This document shows positions 13,037 to 25,455 of a stretch of 64,000 bases of DNA, one piece after another. Source of the stretch: Marsupella aquatica (taxonomy: Eukaryota; Plantae; Marchantiophyta); NCBI GenBank assembly GCA_973895155.1, contig OZ316893.1:8619839-8683838 (forward strand). The letters are read 5' to 3'. The notes below the pieces were generated by a model. It saw nothing but the letters and a program-made list of their open reading frames with translations. It made no database searches and was not told the origin of the DNA. Each line of letters opens with the position of its first letter. The first letter of the stretch is position 1. The position numbers and the translations under genes are program-made.

Positions 13037-13999
13037 AAAATCTGCTAAAAAGTTGAACCGAGAGAAAATATCTGCGGAAAAGAGTGTGAAAAGAGAGGAT
13101 TCGGAACTGGAAAGATAAAGGGAGAAAAACAGAATTACATAACTAGTAATACGTAAAAATAATCCAATGGGTCACTACATAGTGTAATTATAATTTTTCT
13201 TCTCAAACACAACATTGGAAAAAATTGGAAATATTATAAGGTGAGAAATATTTGAAGCATTCAATAAAGAGTAAAAAATTCAAAATATTCTACAGAGAAA
13301 ATTAATTTTGAGATATTGGAGAAAGTAAAAGGTTTTACTCCAAATGATAGTTAGGGGAACAAAAATGGAGTATTTTGAAGGGAGAACAAATTTCACGGAA
13401 AAAATACCTTCTCCCAAAAAAGTCACCCCAAAAAACAATGCACATCCAGAAAAAATAACACACAAAATATACACCACCACCAAGGTTTTATTTTATTTTA
13501 GAGAACTAAAAAATGGTTTTCATTCTCAAGAGAGAAACATGCAATAGTTTTCAAGTGGGAGTTTTTTTTTTGGGGGGGGGGAAGTGATTCATTGAACAAA
13601 CTACTGTACACATTGAAAAACCAATTATCCAATTTCTAAATAGGGAATAAATAGGAACTAATTAAAACTCATGCACTTAAATGCTTAACAAAATGCCCAG
13701 ATGACTATATGAACTTAACTCATTTTATTAAAAAAATAACTTTAATTCTGGTAAGGATAATGTGGTCTATCGCTATCTATTTGTGTTTCTTGGAACCCAC
13801 TTCACATCAAACCCTCATGATACTTTGTTCATACTACCCTGGTCCATGACACTTTAATTCATAAGTAATTGATAAATAAGTTAGTTTTGTAAACATTAAC
13901 CTTAACCACATTTTATGACTAACCATCACCATAGAAAAAAAGGCGTAACTAAGGCTTCAACATACTTGCTCCACAACAACAACAGTTCAAGGAAAGGTA

Positions 14000-15565
14000 G
14001 AACCACCAAAGTCAGGACCAATTGCGATCACAAGGTCGGTCATGCTGTGTCTCTTAAAAAATACACAAAGAAACTATCAGCATTTATTATTTGGCAATTT
14101 CTTTCAAAGGGGTCCAGACTAGAGTAAATACCAACACTGTTTAGAAATACAAACAACTTGAACACATTTGGGTATCGCTCTATGGTGTAAATACACAAAG
14201 AAAACATGACGATTTGTTTCTCAGCATTTTATTAAGACAATGGTCCACAGCTAGGGTAAATGGGAAGAGCACAACAAAAATGCAAAGGACTTGAACTGCA
14301 CCACCACACAATTGGCCAAAGAAATGTCAAACTGACAGCAAAGTGGGAGCAAATTTGGAATCACCGAGGCCCACTAAATCTAGGGTGTAAAAAGTTATGT
14401 TAATTTTCTTCTTGACATTTTTTTGAAAGAAAGATCCAAAGCTAAGGTAAATGGGAAGCTCATATTAACCAAAATACAAATGACTTTCTCCGCTACACAA
14501 CTGACTTATGAAAAATGAAACCAATAAAGTGAGAACACATTTCAAATCACAATATCAGGCTTAGCCTTAGGGGTAAATACACAAAGAAATCATGTGAATT
14601 TGTTTCTTGGCATTTTTCTTAGACAAGGCTCCAAAGTTAAGTGGGGTAAATGGAAGGATCATCACCAAAATACAAAGAACGTGAACAAACTTGCTCCCTC
14701 ACATAGCTAACTAAGGAAAAATGAAATCAACGAAGGGAGAACTGATTTTGATTCACATTATGAGGCTCAGCATGAGGTGTAAATGCAAAAAAAAAACCAT
14801 AAGCATTTGTTTCTTGGCATTTTTCTATGACAAAGGCCCAAAGTCAAGTAGGGTAAATGGGAGAACCATAACACAAATACCAAGGACTTAAATAAGCGAG
14901 CTCCATCCCAAGGAAAATGTGCAACCAGCAAAATAAAAGTGGGTTTGAGATCACCAAACCAGACTCAATCAAAGGTGTAAATAAATGGAGAAATTATGTG
15001 AATTTGTATCTTGACATTTCTAACAAGGCTCCAAAGCTAGGGTAAATGGGAAGATCAAAATGAAAAATAATACAAAGGATAAAAACAAACTTGTTCCCCC
15101 ACACAACTGACTAAAGAACAAAAATGAAAAGCAACAATTTTGATTCACAATATGAGGCTCAGCCTAAGGTTTAAATACAAAAACAAATAATGAACATTTG
15201 TGTTTTGGCATTTCCCTAATCTGACAAGAGTCCAAAGTCAAATAGGGTAAATTATAGGAGAACTATAACACAATTAACAAGGACTTGAACAAACTCACTC
15301 CATTCCATGAGTTGGCAAGAAAATCTGCAACCAGCAAAATGAGATGTGGATTTGGAATCACAGGACCAGGCTCAATCAAGAATGTAAATAAATGGAGAAA
15401 TTAGGTGGATTTGTATTTTGACATTTACTTGAAACAAGGTTCCAAAGGTAGGGTAAATGAGAGCATCATAACCAAATTACAAAGGAGTTGAACAAACTTG
15501 CTCCCTCACACAAATGGCTAAGGAAAAATGAAACCAACAAAGTGAGCAGATATTTGATCACAATA
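14000..15565 (+). repeat. Degenerate ~190-206-bp tandem array, part 1 (~8 units)
   Basis: Anchor AGGGTAAATGG...AAATACAAAGGA...AACTTGCTCC...ATTTGTTTCTTGGCATTTT recurs near 14255, 14446, 14645, 14851, 15040, 15245, 15451. Confidence 0.85.
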
Positions 15566-16206
15566 TAATTAGTCTGAGCATATAAACCCCAATTTAAGGA
15601 ATACTGAAGTATTAGATTAATTCCAACTTTATCTAAATATTATTAGTTAATGAATAATCAACCTCTTTAACATTTGGTGGGATAGTCAAAAACTTCAAAT
15701 GTTTTGTTGCAAGATCTTTATAACAATGCATCACTAAATGACATCAAGTACCTCTTGATCCATGCACAAATTCTTAATTAAACTGTCATTCATTGTTTCA
15801 ATTGTCTATTTAATTACTACAGGGTTGAATACAAAAAAGATTGACAATCATAGTACCACCCTTTAATTAGTTAGTTCTATTGCTTTGACTCAATCAGGCA
15901 TGGAACCATATAAAATCAGAAATCATTGAAAGTTGTGTTCACTTGAAGGTGTAACTATAATTATTATTTATTAATAGGATTGTTGTATATTACAATGTCT
16001 ACTCGACATTCATTTGAATGTCAATAATATCATGCCTTAATATCACCAAACTAAGGCCCCACTAACTAATATTATATCTTAAATAAACTAACCAACTAAC
16101 TAACTTAGACAATTATAAGACTTGTCTAAACTTGAGTTCTCTGGCTACTACTATTCTGAGCTGCCTTTAATTAAACTGTATGCTAAACTACCAGCTTCAT
16201 TACTGT

Positions 16207-17325
16207 CTAGGATTTGTCACTTGCTATGCATGTCAAGAGATAGTCTCTTGCCTTGGCAACAACATTCTTTGGAATTCCAACCAGCCCTGTCACTGGTCCT
16301 TTGCGTGCGTTGAAACACCACAAGGCAGAGGAAACATCTATTGTCTCAGCTTCCTCATATATTGGAGCTGGATCACGTTCCCATTTCTTATCCCAAGAAT
16401 CTACCCACCGCTCTCTTGGCTGCCAGTCTGATTGACCACGTTGCTTCTTTGCCATAAATGGTCTAAACCACTCAATGCCACATACATGAGTAAGAAAGTT
16501 TTGTTCATTCACTGGTCCTTCTACCACATCTGTAAAAACTAACCCCATATGGACAGGATAAACATCCAGGTCTGAGTCGTCCGACCGTACCAACACATAA
16601 CAGCCCTTCACAACATCAACCCTAGGGTTAAAACTCTCAGGAGGTTTATCTTTTGCTGGTCCCACATAATCCAGTGTTGCCTCCAACTCACATGCCACAT
16701 TTCGATATTCTAGTGGAACGTGCTCTCTCCATATTGATAAAGGCCAAAACCCGTATTCCAAGTTGTGTGCACCTTCAGGTTCATATTGCACCTGCTCACC
16801 CTATAGAGTATCTACAATGTCATTCCAATAATTGATGAGAGTTGTCCAACGTCGCTTTGGTTCTTCCTCGTTTGTTCGCTTTAGAATAAACTCAAAGAAT
16901 GACACATGCTTCTTCAACCCTGTCAGCACTTCAGGAAGCATTTTCAGCTCCATCATTGGTAGCCTTTTGGGCACCCCAATTGGGATGTGAGGACTTTTGT
17001 CATCGTTCCATGACCACATTTCAATACCTTCCTTGGGTAACCGTCCCTGATCAGTTGACTTCATTTTGTATTGGAAGCATGGCATACTATCGTGACGAAC
17101 ATAGAACCTAAACAGCCCAGGTGGGTTTTAAATGCCCCACCAATGCCTCAGGGCCCTTCAACATGAACGGAGCTAAGTAGCTTTTGAAATCCGGGACCTC
17201 CTGTAGAAAATGTGGGACTGCATTGGGTGTCCTTGCTCTCATGAACAAGGACATTAACTCACGCAATGAGTAAGCACAAATAAATTTTGAGGATTTGTGT
17301 CTTGGCCTTTTCTTAAAATAACGGT
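16207..17325 (-). pseudogene. C-terminal fragment of a Sola/DUF7869-like transposase
   Basis: Collinear minus-strand ORFs 17108-17395, 16801-17085 and 16207-16791 (SLRELMSLF..TP....LQEVPDFKSYL....LVGH....MPCFQYK) resemble the region following the GHT..D motif in such proteins; 5' end truncated at the tandem array. Confidence 0.5.
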
Positions 17326-18565
17326 CAAAGTTAGGGTTAAATGGGAAGACCATGACAAGTATACGAAGGACTTGGACCGACTTAGTGCACCACATAACTG
17401 GCCAAGAAAATGCTGAACCAGCAAAGTGAGAGTGGATTTGGAATGACCCAAGCCAGGCTCAGTCTACTAAGGGTGTAAATACTCAACAAAATTATGGGGA
17501 TTTGTATCTTGGGATTTTTCTCAATCAAGGTCTGAAGGTAGGGTAAATGAGAAGATCATATCCAAAATACAAAGGATGAGAACAAACTTGATCCACCACA
17601 CAACTGACCAAGAAAATGTCAAACCAACAATGTGAAAGGTAGATTATGAATGAAAATGCCATGCTTAGTCCAGGGTGTGAACTTGTGACAAAATTATGAG
17701 GATTTTACGCTTGGCATTTTGAGACAAGGGCCTAAAGGACAATAAGCTCTCCTGGAGCAAAATATAGAAATGACTTGAATACTCTTCCTCCACTACAGAA
17801 GTGACTTAAAAAAGGTGAAACCAACAAAGTGAAAGCTTGTCCAATGACAACAATCATTGTAAATGGAGGGTGTACAACATAAACAAGTTATGAGGATCTG
17901 GTTTCTTCAGACAAGCTAGGTTGGGTCTAAAGCTAGGGTCACTGAGAATAAATAACAAAAATACAACTTAGGACAATAAAGAAACTAGCCCCACCACACA
18001 AGTGAGCAAAGAAAGATGGAACCCACAAAGTGAGAGCAAAGTTGGAATCACCAGGTCAAGCTTGGTCCTGGGCTTAGTCTAGGGTGTAAATACACATTAC
18101 ATTAATGAAGATTTATTTCTTGACATTGTCCAAGTCAAGGGTCCAAAGGTAGGGTAAATGGGACTACCATGACAAAAAATACAAAGGTAGATCACGAACT
18201 TGCTCCACCACCACCATTAGGAAAGATTCAACCTTCAAAGTGTAGGTGGATTTTGAATCACAATATTGGGCTCAGTCTATGCTATAAATACACAACAAAA
18301 TATTGAGGATTTGTTCTTGGCATTTTTTTGAGACAAGCTAGTTAGGGTCCAAAGTTAGGGTAAATAGGAGGACCATTATAACAAAATACAAAGGACTTGA
18401 ATCAACTTGCCCCACCACAACTAGCCAAGGAAATTTCAAACCAACAATGAGAGAGTGGAATTGGAATCAAATACCAGGCATGCTTAGTCTTGGATGCAAA
18501 TTTATGAAAAAAAATCAAGGATTTAATTATTGGCATTTTCAAACATGGGTCCGAAGCTAGGTTAA
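17325..18565 (+). repeat. Degenerate ~200-bp tandem array, part 2 (~6-7 units), same family as 14000-15565
   Basis: Same anchor recurs near 17334, 17541, 17936, 18152, 18358, 18560. Confidence 0.85.
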
Positions 18566-18721
18566 ATACTAGGATGAGAGCAAAATTATGGGCTCAAAAC
18601 ATGAACAAGTATCTCTTAAGCCAATAGACTAGAAAATAACTTCTTTGAATATTGCTACAGCCTCAAGAAGAAGTGTTTGTGTCACTGGTATACTATTACA
18701 TTACCTCACATATTGTGTCAG

Positions 18722-20379
18722 TCATATAATCTGTAATGTTTGTTGCAAGGATCTTAAGGCCCATAATCTACCATCTGACAAATTAGGTAGCCCTAATTCA
18801 TTTTGTACATAGTCCTCCAAGTCCAATGAAGCGTCCATACTATTTTGACACTCTATAGAAAGAAGAAGATGCATTCACAATTTGTCTTTTGCAGTTGTGA
18901 CTGTCACTTGGTTCCTTTCATATGCAATATCACGAATGTATTGTAGATTCTGCAAAAGAAATAAAACATGAATAAGGGCATATAAACAATAGTATTTCTT
19001 ACATCATCATTTCATAATTCACATGAACATTAATAATAATACAAAACAATGCTTACTTCATCATTCAAATCGTTTATGCGATCTTCAAAATTTCCACGAT
19101 TATTGTTGTGATTCCAATAATCAATTCCCATTGGATTGATGATGTCATCTTCTTGTTCGATATCCACCTGAGCTTCTTCGGCATAAGGTGGAGGCTGAAT
19201 AATTCTAGCTTCTCTTTCTCGTGATTGAAATGCAATGCAAATTCTGGAATATGTGATGGTCTCAACATACCTCCAGTCCGCACAGCTCTCACAGTATGTG
19301 CATTCCATGTTAAAACCACATCATTTACAGCCTCTTGCAGTAAAGGAAGAATCACAGTAACCATACAATATCTATGAAGTGGGATATCAATTTGTAAAAA
19401 TCCTTCCACACATGATAAGTCATATAAAGTCTTCTTGAAGTGAGTAGTTCCAAAATGCCTCAATTCTCTGCCAAAACATATGATAGGACACAAATATAAG
19501 TACCTGCACAAAATTGATGTCAAATTTACAGAATTTCCAAGCTACAATCGATGACATGAAATATGAAATGAACCACTCTATATGTTCTTGTTAATAAAAA
19601 ACATTACCTGATTATGAACAGAAGACCGCGTGCGAAAACAATTTGTATTTGGTCTTGCTCTTTCAAGGTTTTTTCTTAGTACCAAAACATGCTCTGTTGC
19701 ATAATCAGAATGAATCATCAATGGATGACCAAATCTAAGTATGGCTGTCTTATATCCCACATATAGAGTCTGCGCTTTCTTGTTCAATGCCACATGCATC
19801 CATGGAACAAAGTGTGTAGCCCCATCAATTGCACCATGAATTCTGAGTCCCCGTTGCGTCAATTTATCATATGCTGCATTCAATTTCCAAACAATCTATT
19901 AGTATTGAGGATCTATTCTAAAGTTAACTTCAATATAAAAGCAGGAAAAATTTAGAAGAGACATAGATATTCTACTTACAATCCATATGCCACAGATGCA
20001 TTGGCTCAATTACATCATAAAATCTCCTTATGATGCATCTTCGTGCCCTTCCTTCAAGTACACCAGGAAGTAATGTGTCCAAAGCATTTCTGACAAGTGC
20101 TAGTGAGATTTTATAACCAGCCCTTTTTAAACGTGCTCTAACAAAACGTATTCCCCAATCTTCAGCATATCCATGGATTGGTACAATCTCGGTAATAAGA
20201 GAGCAAACATCTTCTAAAGTATATCGGGGATATATTCTATGCTCAATATCAAAGTTTTTGAGGCATTTCCATAGAGTCACTCTATGTACACCAAGTGCAT
20301 CTGCACATTCATTCATAGTGTACCCTAGGTCGAGAGCTCGTTTTACATCTGTATACTGTTGAAAATCTGGATCATTCAT
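18722..20379 (-). pseudogene. HTH + DDE integrase-core transposase (IS3EU-type), spliced, frameshifted
   Basis: N-terminal HTH (CADALGVHRVTLWK); spliced core LWHMD-SYDKL...IHGAIDGA...HSD...SVHNQ-RIEAFW...WNAH; GT-AG introns 19979-19874, 19607-19468 and 19056-~18950; frameshift near 19445; true 5' end may lie further upstream. Confidence 0.85.
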
Positions 20380-20823
20380 ATTGATTGTCCAGCGTGGGTT
20401 GAGTATAGATTATACTCCACAGTTTCATCAACTAACAATTTTAACACCTTCAACCATATACAAATATAAATAACAGTAGTCACTCAATTTTTGTTTTCTA
20501 CAGCAATGGACTATTGCTCTTGTAAGCTTGGCCCCAACGTTGCCTGTTCATAAATAATTGTTGATGATTCCCAATTTGGAAGCAGATGACATTTTCAAAA
20601 TTTTCATTGGCTTTCTTGAACCTATTAAAAACTCACAAGTCATATTACAGCCACAAGCACCAATACCAATGAACAAAAATTCTATAACAAGAAGATAACT
20701 AAAAACTTTAGCATGAGGATATATAGTACACCATTATAACCAAATCCACTATAGTAATAAACAAAAAATAGACCAAAAGAAAACCCGCGTAGCTACTCTC
20801 AGTGTATCACAAAATTTATTTAA

Positions 20824-23297
20824 TTACTTTCACTTTGAAACTCATAAGCATTGCCAAGTTTTTGGTTTACGGCAATTCCAACCTCGGGGGGTTGACTATC
20901 AAAAATCTTAGGAACCACGTGCAATCCAAAATAGGTATTTTTGGCAGATTTTAACTAAATTTTTAAAAAGCGTAGGAGGCAAAAGAAGGTATTATAAACT
21001 CATGTTTATAGAATATTCTTTAATATATACCTTTTATAAAGTAAAATAGGTTATTAATATTGAAAATAGAGAATATTCTTGGAATATTTTCTTTATAAAA
21101 TAGGTCTATTTATATTAGGCTAGGATCGCACGTGGTACCCCAAAATATACACTTAGTTAACCCCCCAAGATTCCAACTACATATACTGGTTTCATTGGTG
21201 GACTTCTATACGATGTAGCATGAGGATCTTGACCCCAAACAAAAAACAAATCTCCATCTAAAATTGGAATTTTAATTCCATATTTTAGCATCACTAAATC
21301 TCCACCTCTACTTTCATTCGATGGATTACATGCCAAGAAGTAAACTCGCTTTCATCTACATCTGTATGAACTTCATTGCAATAGTCCTTTGTGATGAATA
21401 AAGGATATGCAGGAATGGCTTTTTTCATGAGTTCAGGCTTTGAAAAACAAGCCAAAAGCTCACTGCTAAGTTCCATCATTGGAGGCATAATCTCAATAAA
21501 ACTCTCCACCACTGGCCAGAAGTGTTCACAGAAAATAACAAAAATAATTTCAAACAGTAATTGATGTGCACATTGCTCATAGAGCAATTCTAACTGAACC
21601 ACAGTAGGATCCCGTGTTTGTGATATCTTCAACTTGTTATGGTAGAAGCTCACAAAATGATTACCTTTTCTTTCTTGCTAGTTCACTAATGGGCCAATTG
21701 CCCTCATGACATTTTTCAATGCAGATCGTGTATCTGACCTCTTCATTGTATATTTATCATTCCATATTTCTTCCACAAACAATTGAACAAAAGATCTATC
21801 TTTCTCTGGAACACCTCCTTTCATCCGACCTCCAATGATTTCATCACCATCCATCCAAATCTCCACCCTTGATGAAATATTCATCTTGTAGAAAGGCTCG
21901 ATCATCGGTCTCCAGACTATAATTCGATTTGCCCAAGGTGTTTCCAAATCTTCCTCAATTAAATAGTTGGAGGAAAATCTACCAACAAAATTGGAAGATT
22001 TCTTGGTGAAATTTGTAAACTTTATACGGGATTTTCCAAATTTCTGGTAATGATCTTTCTTACTTCTTAGATACATGTCTGGATCAGTTCAGAACTTTCG
22101 TATCCGATCTGATAAGCCTCTCCCAACAGATGATAGATTGTAACGATTCATTATCATATGATTGATGCTACTCCATTCTTTTTCATCAAACCAAGCAATC
22201 CAACTTCCATCTCTTCTTAAACTGTAAAAACCATCAAAAAAGGTTGACTGATTTCCTTTTAGGTTTCCCTCGGATAATATCTGTACTCCATATTCAAAAA
22301 GATAGTATTCGCCCAACAACCACTTACATAGAATTTTTGTATGAAAATGTCCTGCTTTCCCACCAGCTTTTTGAGCAAGCTTGATGATTTCACAGAAATA
22401 AAGAGATGCTGCAGAGAACCTCTCGGAAGATACCTTCACTGTTTTTTTGCCCTATAAAAGAAAAAAGATTTTCATCTTAAAATTGCAGTAAAAATAACAA
22501 ATATAAACCTATGATGAGTATCAAATATGCTAAACATTTTGGACACAAAACACAGCCATAGAATATAGACTGTATCGGCCACCGGATAATGAGGTTTCTT
22601 CCACTATACGGGAAGTCACGCCCCCAGTAGGTCAACTATCAATATATTCACCTGACAATGAATTGGCCTCACAAAATGTGTACTGGTTTCAAATATATTC
22701 CAAACATTTTCTGATCTCAAAGTATATTAGTAGTGAGAAAATATCTTACCTTTAGAATTGGAGTCTCTCTTTTTTTTGTTTGTTTTTTTTGTCTTTCAGT
22801 CCTTCCATATTGACTAACATGTAAAATGATTTAAATTCTCAATGATTTGTCAAACTATGTGCAATAGAAAGACTATCACCTAGGAAAAAGCTTAAATTTA
22901 GAATGAATTCTTGTCATCCCAGTTCAAAAATTATGTTGGACGGCAAGCAGCCACAAAGCTAGCATTAGTCCACCATCCAAAATGTGAATCGCAAAGATTT
23001 CTCCTATGGTAGTATGTAACATACCTAAAAATTGAAGATACGGTGTATCAGGTAGGGTGTCATCCAGTGCACAAACTTAACAATGGAAGACTTGATTTTA
23101 GAGTCAACGCTGCATCTGTAAAAACGACTTGTAACGGACAGGGCATAATGAGCTCATGGACAAACAAACTGAAATAACACAACCTAATCCAAAGAGATAA
23201 ATTTAGAAAGCCTTATTTCACTTACAAATCTTCCTCCGTTGAAGATTGTGAATAGAACATCCACATCAACAATGGTGGTGGTCTTGTCAAACGCCAT
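20824..23297 (-). pseudogene. TET/JBP-like 2OG-Fe(II) dioxygenase gene, decayed
   Basis: In-frame ORFs 22089-22439, 21678-22076 and 21294-21653 separated by TGA/TAG; C-terminus reconstructs as FITKDYCNEVHTDVDE...RGGDLVMLKYGIKIPILDGDLFFVWGQDPHATSY...VVGIAVNQKL after a frameshift and removal of the MITE; putative upstream exons from ATG 23297. Confidence 0.65.
20883..21169. mobile_element. MITE family A, copy 1 (287 bp), inserted in the dioxygenase coding sequence
   Basis: Termini CTCGGGGGGTTGACTA / TAGTTAACCCCCCAAG; internal inverted ACCACGTGC..TCC; 8-bp TSD ATTCCAAC at 20875-20882 and 21170-21177. Confidence 0.9.
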
Positions 23298-23354
23298 GGT
23301 GATCGGGATATTGAAATCAATAGTATTGGACCTAAGGAAACCTATGACCCTCTC

Positions 23355-24680
23355 AGATTTTCTAGGGCAGCATTCTCATGATGAAATGCACTCAAACTTT
23401 GCCAGAAAATGACACCTAAAAAAAGATGTGAGTTGCTCAAATTTTGTAGGGCAACATGTGCTGCACAGAATGCACTCAAACTTTGCCCCATCTTAGAAGA
23501 AAGAGTCACAACTGTGCTGGCAAAGTTTCAGGGAAAACCAAGCTCAGAATCAAAACTGAAAAAACAAAATGATCAAGAGATACGAACTCGATAAAATTTG
23601 ACCTAAAAAAACTTTGAGTTGCTCCAATTTTGTAGGGCAACATTTGCTGCACATAATGCACTCAAACTTTGCCAGATCTTAGAAGAAAGAGTCACAACCG
23701 TGCTGGCAAAGTTTTAGGGAAAACCAAGCTCAGGATCGAAACTGAAAAAACAAAACGATCAAGAGATACGAACTCGATAAAATTTGACCTGAAAAAAGCT
23801 GCGAGTTGCTCGAATTTTGTAGGGCAACATTTGCTGCACAGAATGCACTCAAACTTTGCCAGATCTTAGAAGAAAGAGTCACAACCGTGTTGGCAAAGTT
23901 TCAGGGAAAACCAAGCTCATAATCAAAACTGAAAAAACAAAATGATCAAGAGATACGAACTCGATAAAATTTGACCTAAAAAAAGCTGCGAGTTGCTTGA
24001 ATTTTGTAGGGCAACATTTGCTGCACAAAATGCACTCAAACGTTGCCAGATCTTAGAAGAAAGAGTCACAACCGTGCTCGCAAAGTTTCAGGGAAAACCG
24101 AGCTCAGAATCAAAACTGAAAAAACAAAACGATCAAGAGATACAAACTTGATAAAATTTGACCTAAAAAAAGCTGCGAGTTGCTTGAATTTTGTAGGGCA
24201 ACATTTGCTACACAAAATGCACTCAAACTTTGCCAGATTTTAGAAGAAAGAGTCACAACCGTGCTGGCAAAGTTTCAGGGAAAACCGAGCTCAAAATCAA
24301 AACTGAAAAAACAAAACGATCAAGAGATACAAACTCGTTAAAATTTGACCTAAAGAAAATTGCGAGTTGCTTGAATTTTGTAGGGCAGCATTTGCTGCAC
24401 AGAATGCACTCAAACTTGCCAGATTTTAGAAGAAAGAGTCACGACTGTGTTGGCAAAGTTTCAGGGAAAACCGAGCTCATAATCAAAATTGAAAAAACAA
24501 AATGATCAAGAGATATGAAATCGACAAAATTTACCTTATAAAAAGCTGCGAGTTGCTCAAATTTTGTAGGGCAACATTTGCTGCATGGAATGCACTCCAA
24601 ACTTTGCCAGATTTTGGAAGAAAGAGTCACGACTATGTTGGCAAAGTTTCAGGGAAACCAAGCTTAGAATCAAAATTTGA
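23355..24680 (+). repeat. 187-bp tandem array (~7 well-conserved units)
   Basis: TTTTGTAGGGCA(A/G)CA recurs at ~23442, 23628, 23815, 24002, 24189, 24376, 24562; explains the repetitive ORFs 23409-24864. Confidence 0.95.
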
Positions 24681-25174
24681 CTTAAGAAACACTACGACTC
24701 CTGAATTTTATACGACTACATGTGCATTGATAAAATTGACTAAAAGTTTCCAAGATATTGAGCAAATAATGCCAACTCTTCTGGAAAATATTCAAGAACA
24801 ACTGATCTTAGCATCCATATTGAAAAATATGGAGCATGGATCATTAAAATCCAGTAAACCATAAAAAACCAAACACAAATTGAAGGCAAAAAATAGACTT
24901 TAGAAGTATGTAGTAAAGTCATGTTTAGTTGGCATTATGGAATATGACCAAAAAATGAGAGCTTTAGCTTGCATTTAGAGGGGTTGTTTCCCTAATGGTT
25001 TGGCAAATAAAACCTTATTATATTGAAAGGCTTGAGAGATTTTATTTTTTCTTGATTTAGTGAAAGTAATGGACAATCTTACTCAAGAGGTGATCCGGAT
25101 CTTGTGGTGGGCATTATGCTCCAAGAATGTCCTGAAAAATACAAATGGAAAACTTGCAAAGGGCATTAAGAAAG

Positions 25175-25455
25175 CTCAGGCGGTTGACTATCAACAATCT
25201 TAAGAACCACGTGCGATCCAAAATAGGTATTTTTCATATAAATTAGCTAAATTTTTTAAAAGCGTAGGAAGTAAAAGAAGGTATTATAAACCTATATTTG
25301 TAGAATATTCTCTAATATATACCTTTTATAAAGTAAAATAGGTCATTAGTATTGAAAATAGAGAATATTTTTAAAATATTCCTATTATAAAATAGGTGTG
25401 TTTATATTAGGCTAGGATCACACGTGGTACCCCAAAATATACACTAACCCCCGAG
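25175..25455. mobile_element. MITE family A, copy 2 (281 bp)
   Basis: Collinear with 20883-21169; termini CTC...GAG; 8-bp TSD TAAGAAAG at 25167-25174 and 25456-25463. Confidence 0.9.

Noticed and set aside
14000-24680. Tandem arrays as CRISPR-like repeat-spacer arrays
   Set aside because: Whole ~190-200-bp units repeat without unique spacers; no cas genes; eukaryotic context
23409-24864. Repeated short ORFs (MPDLRRKSHNR...) as genes
   Set aside because: Artefacts of the 187-bp unit, which is not a multiple of 3, so frames shift each unit
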